Shown here: positions 40,319 through 48,740 of the stretch, one piece after another
Position numbering within the stretch: position 1 is the stretch's first letter
Layout of the letters: each line of letters starts with the position of its first letter
Source of the DNA: Pseudolysinimonas sp.
GTDB taxonomy: Bacteria; Actinomycetota; Actinomycetes; Actinomycetales; Microbacteriaceae
Length of the DNA: 64,000 nt
Assembly (NCBI GenBank): GCA_035721225.1
Contig: DASTNC010000071.1
Coordinates: forward strand, 821-64,820
Direction: 5' to 3'
Program-made: the position numbers and the translations under genes
The notes under the pieces: model-generated
What the model saw: the letters and a program-made list of their open reading frames with translations, nothing else
Told to the model about the DNA's origin: nothing
The model's database searches: none

Positions 40319-41782
40319 ATGACCTCATCCCGATCCCCTCTGAGCCGTGAGCAGATCGTGTCGGCCGTCGTCGACCTTCTCGGCGCCGACGACATCGATA
40401 CCGACGAGACCGCTCTGCGAGAGGCCAGCGTCGACCGGTTCAAGAAGTACACGGCGGCGAACGGCATCTTCGACGGACCCTTCCCCTCCGTGATCGCCTA
40501 CCCCCGGACGGCGCAGCAGGTGGCCGAGGTGCTGCGCTTCGCCAATGACAACCTGGTCGCCGTCGTTCCACGGACCGGGCGCACGGCCACCGAGGGCGGC
40601 CTCGAGACGGTCGTGGCCGACTCCATCGTGCTCGACGGTTCGCGGATGAACGCGATCCTGTCGATCGACCCTGTCGACATGATGGCCACCGTCCAGTGCG
40701 GCGTCCCGCTGCAGGTGCTCGAAGACGAACTGCGCGCCAGGGGGCTCACGACCGGGCATTCGCCGCAGTCCAAGCCGCTGGCGCAGTACGGAGGCCTCAC
40801 GGCAACCCGCTCGATCGGACAGTTCTCGACCCTGTACGGAGGCATCGAGGACATGGTGGTGGGCCTGGAGGCGGTGTTCCCCGATGGGTCGATCAGCCGC
40901 ATCAAGAATGTCCCCCGTCGTGCCGCAGGCCCCGACATCCGGCACATCGTGATCGGCAACGAGGGGGCGCTGTGCTTCATCACCGAGGTCACAGTCAAGG
41001 TCTTCACCTACCAGCCCCAGAACAACCGGTTCTTCGGCTTCTTGCTCGACGACTTCGGGCAGGGCGTCGATGCCCTGCGGGAGTTGATCACGTCGGGCTA
41101 CCGCCCGTCGATCTGCCGCCTGTACTCGCCGGAGGATGCGCGTCAGCACTTCTCGCACTTCGCGAAGGGCAAGAACGTGGTGGTGCTGATGGCGGAGGGC
41201 CCGGCGCCGATCGCCGACGCCACGGCCACGGCCATCGAAGGACTGTTCGCGCGCCGCCCGCATGAGCGCGTCGATTCGGCTCTCATCGAGGACTGGTTCG
41301 ACCACCTCAACTGGGACCAGCGCTCGATCGATGCCGAGAAGGCCACGATGATCGCCGACGCGCACCTCGGCTACACGACCGAAGTGTCGATCGACTGGTC
41401 CCGGGTCAACGATCTCTACGAAGCCGTGATGACGCGTGTGCGCGAGGAGTTCGCGCGCGCCGCAGATCTGACGATGCTCGGCGCCCATTCCTCGCACAGC
41501 TACCAGACCGGCACGAACCTCTACTTCGTGTACGACTACTCGATCAACTGCGAACCCCGCGACGAGATCACCGAATACCATGAGCCGATCAACGCCCTCA
41601 TCGTGGAGGAGGCGCTGCGGCTGGGAGGTTCGATGGTCCACCATCACGGCATCGGCAAGTACCGCACCCCGTGGACCGAGATCGAGCACGGAAGCGCGTA
41701 CGGCATCCTGCAGAAGTTGAAGAGCGCATTCGACCCCAACGGGGTCATGAACCCGGGAACGATCTTCCCGCTCAACCACTGA
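40319..41782 (+). CDS. ygcU: FAD-linked oxidoreductase, YgcU-like (VAO / alkyl-DHAP synthase-related)
   Basis: ATEGGLETVV, TTGHSPQSKPLAQ, TRSIGQFSTLYG, IKNVPRRAAGPDIRHI, HSSHSYQ.GTN, GGSMVHHHGIGK match the recalled E. coli YgcU sequence. Confidence 0.85.
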   Translation: MTSSRSPLSREQIVSAVVDLLGADDIDTDETALREASVDRFKKYTAANGIFDGPFPSVIAYPRTAQQVAEVLRFANDNLVAVVPRTGRTATEGGLETVVADSIVLDGSRMNAILSIDPVDMMATVQCGVPLQVLEDELRARGLTTGHSPQSKPLAQYGGLTATRSIGQFSTLYGGIEDMVVGLEAVFPDGSISRIKNVPRRAAGPDIRHIVIGNEGALCFITEVTVKVFTYQPQNNRFFGFLLDDFGQGVDALRELITSGYRPSICRLYSPEDARQHFSHFAKGKNVVVLMAEGPAPIADATATAIEGLFARRPHERVDSALIEDWFDHLNWDQRSIDAEKATMIADAHLGYTTEVSIDWSRVNDLYEAVMTRVREEFARAADLTMLGAHSSHSYQTGTNLYFVYDYSINCEPRDEITEYHEPINALIVEEALRLGGSMVHHHGIGKYRTPWTEIEHGSAYGILQKLKSAFDPNGVMNPGTIFPLNH

Positions 41783-41800
41783 CGGGGCGCGGCTGCTCGC

Positions 41801-43234
41801 GTGAAGTACATCGTCGCCATCGACAACGGGTCGCAGAGCACCAAGGTGTCGATCGTGGATGCGGAGGGCCGCATCCACGCACGCGCTCGAGTCGGCCTCG
41901 CGCCGTATGCGAGCCCGGAGGCGGGCCACGTCGTCCATCCGGACGACGACGTCTGGGATTCGATCGCGTCGGCCTGCCGCGCGGCCCTCTCCCGCTTCAC
42001 GGGCGACCCCTCGGAGATCGCCGCGGTCGGGCTCTGCACGATCCGCTTCTGCCGCGCGATCCTCGACCAGGACGGGCGGCTTGTCGAGCCGATGCTCAGC
42101 TGGATGGACGCGCGAGTGGGCCTGCCCTATGCGCGGACCACCGAGCGGGCTCGGTACGTCACCACGTCATCCGGCTACATCACCCACCGACTCACCGGCG
42201 CGTTCCGGGACACCGCGGCCAACTATCAGGGTGTCTGGCCGATCGACACGCGGACCTGGCGCTGGTCCGCGGACGCCGACGCGTTCGCCGCGACGGGGAT
42301 GCCCCGCGAGATGCTCTTCGATCTGGTGGACCCCGGCGACCAGCTGGGAACCGTGACCGAACGCGCGGCCCACGTCACCGGCCTCCCGGTCGGTGTCGCC
42401 GTGTACGCGACGGCGAACGACAAGGCCGTCGAGGCGCTCGGAGCAGGTCTTCGCTCCGAATCGGAGCTGCTGCTCTCGCTGGGGACCTACATCTCGTCGA
42501 TGACCATCGGCTCAGAGGTCCGCGATTCCGATGCCTACTGGGTGAACTTCGGCGCGCAGCCGGGTCGGTACCTCTATGAGAGTGACGGGATCCGCCGCGG
42601 GATGTGGACGGTCAGCTGGTTCCGTTCGCTGCTGGAGTCGGAGAACCCGGAGGCGGGTGACGGCGATGGAGACCGCCTGTACGAACTCGAAGGCCGGCTG
42701 AACATCGGTGCCGCCGAGGTGCCTCCCGGCAGCAACGGACTCATGACGGTGCTCGACTGGCTGGCGCCCGCCGACGCTCCGTATCGGCGCGGGGCGCTGC
42801 TCGGCTTCGACGGCAGCCACGGGCGGTTCCACATCCACCGCTCGATCCTGGAGGGCATCGCCTTCACCATGGCCGACCATGCGGCCGCGATGGCGTCTGC
42901 CCTCCACCGCGAGTTCGACACCGTGATCCTCTCGGGCGGGGGAGCACGCTCCGACCTCATGGCGGAGATCGTTGCGAACGTGTTCGGAGTTCGCGTGGTG
43001 CGCACCGAGACCGACGACGCTGCCGGGATGGGCGCCGCCATCTGCGCGGCTGTCGGCAGCGGGATGCACTCCTCGTGGGAGGATGCGTCGGCACGCATGG
43101 TGCGCCATGTCTCGTCGGTGCAGCCGACGGCCGAGACCTCCCGGGCCTACGAGAGCTACCACACGGTGCACACCGAACTGCGGGCGCGGACCTCAGAGCT
43201 CTTCCGCTGGGTCTCGTCGACCCTGGCGTCTTAG
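41801..43234 (+). CDS. ygcE: FGGY family kinase, YgcE-like
   Basis: ID.GSQSTKV, HPDDD.W, DK.VEALGAGL, SLGTYI, GIR.GMWTVSW, GLMTVLDWL. Confidence 0.82.
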   Translation: MKYIVAIDNGSQSTKVSIVDAEGRIHARARVGLAPYASPEAGHVVHPDDDVWDSIASACRAALSRFTGDPSEIAAVGLCTIRFCRAILDQDGRLVEPMLSWMDARVGLPYARTTERARYVTTSSGYITHRLTGAFRDTAANYQGVWPIDTRTWRWSADADAFAATGMPREMLFDLVDPGDQLGTVTERAAHVTGLPVGVAVYATANDKAVEALGAGLRSESELLLSLGTYISSMTIGSEVRDSDAYWVNFGAQPGRYLYESDGIRRGMWTVSWFRSLLESENPEAGDGDGDRLYELEGRLNIGAAEVPPGSNGLMTVLDWLAPADAPYRRGALLGFDGSHGRFHIHRSILEGIAFTMADHAAAMASALHREFDTVILSGGGARSDLMAEIVANVFGVRVVRTETDDAAGMGAAICAAVGSGMHSSWEDASARMVRHVSSVQPTAETSRAYESYHTVHTELRARTSELFRWVSSTLAS

Positions 43235-43275
43235 CGGCGGCCGCACCGATGGTTCGCTGACGGCCCGGGGCCGGA

Positions 43276-44424
43276 TCAGCCGGTCGTGGCCAGCGCCTGC
43301 TCGAGGTCGGCGATCAGGTCGTCGACGTGCTCGATGCCGACCGAGAGCCGCAGCAGATCGAGCGGCGCCGGGGTGCCGGCGCCCTCGGCGCTCGCGCGGT
43401 GCTCGATGAGACTCTCGACGCCGCCGAGCGAGGTGGCGCGCTTCCACAGCATCGTGTTCGCGGCGACCGCGATGGCGGCCTGCTCGCCGCCGGCGGCGCG
43501 GATCGACAGCATCCCCCCGAATCCGCCCTGCATCTGGCGCGACGCGATCGCGTGGCCCTGACTGCTCGGCAGCCCCGGGTAGAGCACCTCGGCCACGCGG
43601 TCGTGCCCGTGGAGATGCTCGGCGATCCGCAGGGCCGACGCGCTCGCGGTGCGCACCCGCAGGTAGAGCGTGCGCATCCCGCGCAGCAGCAGCCACGACT
43701 CCATCGACCCCAGCGTGCCGCCGATCTGCGCCCGAACGGATCGCACCCGTTGCCAGTACTCGCTGTCGGCGCCCGTGGTGAGGGTGCCGGCGGTGAGATC
43801 CGAGTGGCCGTTGAGGTACTTGGTGGCCGAGTGCATGACCAGGTCGGCGCCGAGGTCGAGCGGCTGCGAGAGCACGGGGCTGGCGGGGGTGGAGTCGACG
43901 GCCAGCAGCGCGCCGGCCGCGTGCGCGACCTCGGCGGTGGCCGCGATGTCGGTGATGGTCCAGAGCGGATTCGCGGGGGTCTCGACCCAGACCAGCTTCG
44001 TCGCTCCGGGCCGGATGGCAGCCTGAACCGCAGCGGCATCCGTCATGTCGATCAGCTCGACGTCGAGGCCCCACGACGCGGCGAAGCCCACCAACCAGTT
44101 GCGCAGACTCCAGTACATGACCTTCGGCGCGAGCACGTGGTCACCGGGGTGCAGCGCCTGGAACACGGCGGTCGCCGCAGCCATCCCGCTGGCGAAGAGC
44201 AGGGTCTCGTGACCGTGCTCGAGCTCGGTGATGAGCGCCTCGGCCTGGTCGAAGGCCGGGTTCTGATCGCGCATGTAGATGCGGCCCGACCGGTAGCCAT
44301 TGTCCGGATCGCGCAGAAAGGTGCTCGACATGGCGATGGGCGGGGTGATCGCTCGGGTCGCCTCGTCCACCCACCCGAGTCCCTGTGCTGCGAGGCTTTC
44401 GGGATGGAAGTCAGCGTCGGTCAT
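43276..44424 (-). CDS. PLP-dependent trans-sulfuration enzyme (cystathionine gamma-synthase/lyase family)
   Basis: FASGMAA, WVETPANP, HSATKYLNGHSD, ATSLGGVESL, RLSVGIE. Confidence 0.9.
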   Translation of the reverse strand: MTDADFHPESLAAQGLGWVDEATRAITPPIAMSSTFLRDPDNGYRSGRIYMRDQNPAFDQAEALITELEHGHETLLFASGMAAATAVFQALHPGDHVLAPKVMYWSLRNWLVGFAASWGLDVELIDMTDAAAVQAAIRPGATKLVWVETPANPLWTITDIAATAEVAHAAGALLAVDSTPASPVLSQPLDLGADLVMHSATKYLNGHSDLTAGTLTTGADSEYWQRVRSVRAQIGGTLGSMESWLLLRGMRTLYLRVRTASASALRIAEHLHGHDRVAEVLYPGLPSSQGHAIASRQMQGGFGGMLSIRAAGGEQAAIAVAANTMLWKRATSLGGVESLIEHRASAEGAGTPAPLDLLRLSVGIEHVDDLIADLEQALATTG

Positions 44425-44431
44425 ACCCGAT

Positions 44432-44475
44432 GCTAGAACGCCGAGAGGCCCGTCAGTTCGCGTCCGAGCACGAGC
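44432..44475 (+). repeat. 44-bp direct repeat, left copy (duplicate of the acyl-CoA dehydrogenase 3' end)
   Basis: GCTAGAACGCCGAGAGGCCCGTCAGTTCGCGTCCGAGCACGAGC, identical to 56595-56638. Confidence 0.95.
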
Positions 44476-44521
44476 GGGCGTCACGTGCGGATGCGGTGGT
44501 CCTGCCCATTTGGGGGTTTCT

Positions 44522-44535
44522 AATACATCACATGT
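44522..44535. promoter_or_regulatory. Probable FadR/GntR operator
   Basis: AATACATCACATGT, identical at 49921-49934; core ACATCACATG also at 48697-48706. Confidence 0.7.
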
Positions 44536-44608
44536 GTGATCTACTACTGGTACCCCATCAGTCGTTGGGCAATTGTCGTCAACGACGCCGACCAGAAAAG
44601 GACGCGAA

Positions 44609-45988
44609 ATGTCACCACAGCAACACCGTCATCCTTCCCATCGTCTGACCCGGCTCCTCGCGGCTACCGCGGTCGCCGCGACCTTCGCGCTCGTGGCTAG
44701 CGGCTGCACGTCGAACGGCGCAGGCGCGATCGACAGCAAGTACGGATTCGCCGCCGCCAAGCAGGTTCCCGGCAGCAAGATCACGGTGCTCGTCGACACG
44801 ACCCGCCAGCCGCTCGCCCTCGCGTTCCAGAAGGAGCACCCTGAGGTGCCGATCGTCATCGACACCTACGATGGAAACCCGGGCGGCAGCGGAAGCCTCC
44901 AGGCCAAGATCGCGCTCGACGACCAGGCCGGCAGCGGATGGCCGGATGTGGTGTTCTCCAGCCAGACCAACGACACAGCGTGGGCCGGCAAGGAGACCAA
45001 CGGAGTGCAGCCCTACGCCGCCGCGCTCAACAAGGGCCTGCTCGACCAGTCGTTCCTCGATGGTTTCGCCAAGGGAGCGAACGACCCCATGACCGTCGAC
45101 GGGACCGTGTACGGTCTTCGCAACGACCTCGCCCCCACAGTGCTGTGGTACGACAAGTCGCTCTTCGACCAGTTCGGCTACCAGATTCCGACCACCTGGG
45201 AAGACTTCCAGGCGCTGAGCGACCAGCTCGCGAAAGACCACCCGGGTTACATCATGGGCTCCGTCGGTGGCGGGTTCATGGCGGTCGACGCCTACTACTG
45301 GGCAGCAGCTGCTCCGGTCTTCCAGGTGAAGGGCAACAAGTTTACCACCAACATGTCGGACCCCAACTCGGTGGCGATGACCAAGCTCATCGATCACATG
45401 CTGGCGAACGGCACACTGACGAACAAGAACGTCTTCGATCCCGCCTTCATCAAGAACTACAAGGGCAAGGTCTTGGCGATGCCCGGGCCGGCATGGTTCG
45501 CGGGCGTGATCTTCCAGAACCCCGACAGCCTCGGTTCCGCACCCGGCACCGTCGGCGCGGCCAACCCGCTGTTCTGGAAGGGCCAGAAGGAGGTCACCGG
45601 TGACGTCGGCGGTGGCGTCTGGTACGCGTCGAGCCACTCCACGAACCTCAAGGCAGTCGCCGAGGTGCTCAAGTACGTGACGAGCTCCGACCAGGCTGTG
45701 AAGCTTGCCTCCGGCCTGCCCGGATACAAGGCGGCGGCTGACGCCTGGCTCGACCAGCAATCCTCGGGCGGCTTCTTCGTCGGTGACTTCAAGGGAGCCA
45801 TGACCAAGGCGGCCGCAAGTGTGTGGACCGGGTTCGGCTTCGCAACCTTCAGCAGTGAAACCGCCTGGGACACGAAGGTCAACCCCGTCATCGAGAGCGG
45901 TGGCACGGTGGCCAGTGCGGTCCCGGCGTGGCAGCAGGAGTTGAAGAACGAAGCCGCGATTCACGGCTACACCGTGACCTCCAAATAA
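44609..45988 (+). CDS. Sugar ABC transporter substrate-binding lipoprotein
   Basis: ATG after AAAGGA; lipobox ASGC; WPDVVF, YGLRNDLAP.VLWY. Confidence 0.9.
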   Translation: MSPQQHRHPSHRLTRLLAATAVAATFALVASGCTSNGAGAIDSKYGFAAAKQVPGSKITVLVDTTRQPLALAFQKEHPEVPIVIDTYDGNPGGSGSLQAKIALDDQAGSGWPDVVFSSQTNDTAWAGKETNGVQPYAAALNKGLLDQSFLDGFAKGANDPMTVDGTVYGLRNDLAPTVLWYDKSLFDQFGYQIPTTWEDFQALSDQLAKDHPGYIMGSVGGGFMAVDAYYWAAAAPVFQVKGNKFTTNMSDPNSVAMTKLIDHMLANGTLTNKNVFDPAFIKNYKGKVLAMPGPAWFAGVIFQNPDSLGSAPGTVGAANPLFWKGQKEVTGDVGGGVWYASSHSTNLKAVAEVLKYVTSSDQAVKLASGLPGYKAAADAWLDQQSSGGFFVGDFKGAMTKAAASVWTGFGFATFSSETAWDTKVNPVIESGGTVASAVPAWQQELKNEAAIHGYTVTSK

Positions 45989-46014
45989 GGAGCATCACCA
46001 TTTCCACCGAAACC

Positions 46015-46929
46015 ATGCTGCCCCCCGTCGGCTCCCGCCGGCGGGGGGCAGCCCTCCGGCGTCGCAGTGACAGCGGCCAGCGCACGATGGGGTACGTCTT
46101 CGTCATCGGCTACGGCATCCTGCTTGCGGCGTTCGGGGTCTTCCCCACCGCGTATGCCTTCTATCTCTCCTTCACGAGGACGGGCGCCTTCGTCGGCGTC
46201 GACAATTTCAGCCGCGTCTTCCAGGACTACCGGTTCCTTCCCGCCGTCCAGGCGGTTGCGCTCTACCTGATCGTCATGGTGTTGACGCTGACGGTCCTGG
46301 TGGTGGTGATCGCATTGGTGGTGCATGCCATCAGGAAGCGCTGGCTGTCGACGACGCTGCGCTTCCTCTACTACCTCCCCGGCGCGCTCGCGGGGGTCGC
46401 CAGCGTCCTGCTCTGGTCGTTCATGCTCAACCCCGAGTTGAGCCCGATCAGCGGGATCTTCACCTCCCTCGGCTTCTCGACGGGCGTGTCGCTCGTCACC
46501 GGAGGCAACCTCCCGGTGATCTTCACGCTGATCACCTTCTGGACGGGAGCAGGGGGATGGATCGTCATCATGTACGGCGCGCTCAACAACATCAGCGACG
46601 ACATCATGGAGGCCGCCCGGATCGACGGAGCCAACGCCCTGCAGATGGCGGGCTACATCCAGATCCCGATGCTGCGCAAGTGGATCGCCTACATGGGCCT
46701 GCTGACGATCGCCGGCGGGACACAGCTCTTCGTCGAGCCCCAGCTTCTCGCCGGCGTCTCGCACGGTGCCATCCCGCCGCAGTACTCGCTTCTTCAGCTG
46801 GCCTATTCGTACGCCTTCCAACAGGCCGACTTCAGCGAATCCGCCGCACTGTCGCTGCTGCTCCTGCTCGTCACCGCGGGCTTCGCGGCCATCATCGTCT
46901 TCCGAGGGGGACTCTTTGACCGAGACTAG
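46015..46929 (+). CDS. Sugar ABC transporter permease (start may be ATT at 46000)
   Basis: EAARIDGA, QLFVEP, TM helices. Confidence 0.9.
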   Translation: MLPPVGSRRRGAALRRRSDSGQRTMGYVFVIGYGILLAAFGVFPTAYAFYLSFTRTGAFVGVDNFSRVFQDYRFLPAVQAVALYLIVMVLTLTVLVVVIALVVHAIRKRWLSTTLRFLYYLPGALAGVASVLLWSFMLNPELSPISGIFTSLGFSTGVSLVTGGNLPVIFTLITFWTGAGGWIVIMYGALNNISDDIMEAARIDGANALQMAGYIQIPMLRKWIAYMGLLTIAGGTQLFVEPQLLAGVSHGAIPPQYSLLQLAYSYAFQQADFSESAALSLLLLLVTAGFAAIIVFRGGLFDRD

Positions 46930-47824
46930 ATCGTCTGCCCCAACTCGGACGTCAGCCGACCCGGCCCGCTGGCTGGGCAAGGCACTCGCCGGCCTTCTTC
47001 TGGCCTTCTTCGTCGTCTTCTTCACGCTTCCGGTGATCTGGCTCGTGCTCGCACCCGCGAAGTCGGCACACCAGCTCTACTTCGACAACCCCCTGGGTAT
47101 CGGCAACGTGAACTCCCTGATCGACAACTGGAACCAGCTGCTCGGCTTCCAACAGGGGCAGTTCTTCGTCTGGATGGGCGACTCCGTCATGTATTCCGGG
47201 GCAGCGCTTGTGATCACCCTCTTCGTGACCATCCCCGCGGGATACGCACTCGCGACGTCGACCTTCCGCCTGCGTCGGCCGCTGCTCATCACGACGCTCA
47301 TCGTCATGCTGATTCCGGGTACCGCGCTGGTGCTGCCGACCTTCCTCGAGCTCAATGCCGCGAGGCTGATCGGGTCACCGCTCGCGGTGATCATGCCGTT
47401 CTCCTTCTTCCCGTTCGGGGTCTATCTCACCTACATCTACTTCTCCACCAACGTCTCGCGCGACCTGCTCGATGCGGCGCGCATCGACGGCGCGACCGAG
47501 TTGCGCGTCTTCGGGCGGATCGCATTGCCGCTGGCGACACCGGTCGTCGCACTGGTCGGCTTCTTCAGCGTGGTGGGCACCTGGAACAACTACTTCTTGC
47601 CGTTTCTGGTGCTTCCGTCCCGCATCACGACGGTGCAGGTCGGCCTATCGCAGATGATGTCGAACGTGCGGCAGCTCAGGCCGACATCGCTCGGATCCAT
47701 CGCGATCGACCTGCCGGTGATGAGTGACGCGATCCTGCTCTCTGTCGCACCGGTTCTGCTGATCTTCCTCTTCTCGCAGCGCTTTCTGATCACCGGGCTG
47801 ACCGCCGGCGGCAGCAAGGAGTGA
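46916..47824 (+). CDS. Sugar ABC transporter permease
   Basis: TTG start; DAARIDGA, WNNYFLP, SQRFL..GL. Confidence 0.9.
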   Translation: MTETRSSAPTRTSADPARWLGKALAGLLLAFFVVFFTLPVIWLVLAPAKSAHQLYFDNPLGIGNVNSLIDNWNQLLGFQQGQFFVWMGDSVMYSGAALVITLFVTIPAGYALATSTFRLRRPLLITTLIVMLIPGTALVLPTFLELNAARLIGSPLAVIMPFSFFPFGVYLTYIYFSTNVSRDLLDAARIDGATELRVFGRIALPLATPVVALVGFFSVVGTWNNYFLPFLVLPSRITTVQVGLSQMMSNVRQLRPTSLGSIAIDLPVMSDAILLSVAPVLLIFLFSQRFLITGLTAGGSKE

Positions 47825-47832
47825 GTCCCGAG

Positions 47833-47871
47833 CGGCCCCGTGACCGTGCACGGGCACGGTTCACGGGGCCG
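47833..47871. terminator. Hairpin between convergent genes
   Basis: CGGCCCCGTGACCGTGC...GCACGGTTCACGGGGCCG. Confidence 0.65.
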
Positions 47872-47903
47872 GCCGCGCTCGAGCGCTGAGCTGCGGAGTC
47901 AGG

Positions 47904-48677
47904 TCAGGGCAGGCGTGGCGCCGCGTATCCGCGTCGCCGTTCCCACGCATCGATGATGTGCGACCGCATGCGTGCTTCGGCATCGGCCGGGTGGCCGGCG
48001 GCGATCGCCTCCAGCACGCCCTGATGCTCACTGAGCGACAGCGCGAAGGCAGCCTCGGTGGCGTTCCCGGTGAAGCGCGCGCTCTCCCGCGCGCGGTCGA
48101 ACAGGATCTTGGTCATGCTCGCGGCCAGGAGGTTGCCCGACATGGTCATGACCAGGCCATGGAAATCGGCGTCGGCCTGCTGAAAGGCGTCCCTGTCGTG
48201 AAGGGACGTCCTCATCCTCTCCAAGGCCGTCGTCAGCTCAGCGAGCTGGGCATCGGTGCGCAGGGTCGCCGCTTGGGCGCTCATCGACCCCTCGAGCGCG
48301 GTGCGCACGACCGCGAGCTGGTCGAGGAAACCGAGTGAGTCGTCGTTGTCGGCCAACGCGGACAGGACGACCGGGTCGAGGATGTTCCAGCTCGTCGAGG
48401 GCTGCACGGTCGTCCCCCGCCCGTGCTCGACCCGGACGAGGCCCTTCTCTTCGATGCGCTTGACCGACTCGCGGATCACCGTTCGGCTGACTCCGAAGTG
48501 GGTGCAGAGGTCGCCCTCCGGCGGCAGGAACGAGCCGGCCGCGACTTCCCCCGTGACGATCGCGCTCACGAGGTCGCGAACGACGGCGACGCCCAGCCGC
48601 GCTGCGGGCGGCCGCGCATCGCCGGTCGCCAGGAAGGTCTGCGGGGATACCAGGGCGTCGGACTCTGCTCCGGTCAT
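47904..48677 (-). CDS. FadR/GntR family transcriptional regulator
   Basis: LPPEGDLCTHFGVSRTVIRE, GRGT, FCD domain (ADADFH, SGN, EH, MRSHI). Confidence 0.93.
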   Translation of the reverse strand: MTGAESDALVSPQTFLATGDARPPAARLGVAVVRDLVSAIVTGEVAAGSFLPPEGDLCTHFGVSRTVIRESVKRIEEKGLVRVEHGRGTTVQPSTSWNILDPVVLSALADNDDSLGFLDQLAVVRTALEGSMSAQAATLRTDAQLAELTTALERMRTSLHDRDAFQQADADFHGLVMTMSGNLLAASMTKILFDRARESARFTGNATEAAFALSLSEHQGVLEAIAAGHPADAEARMRSHIIDAWERRRGYAAPRLP

Positions 48678-48740
48678 ACCACCACCTTAACGTCCGACAT
48701 CACATGGCGCATCATGCGGGTGCGGCTCAGGCTCGAGCGC

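Noticed and set aside
15072-47824. Three sugar ABC clusters with no ATPase gene
   Set aside because: Normal in Actinobacteria, where CUT1 systems share an MsiK-type ATPase
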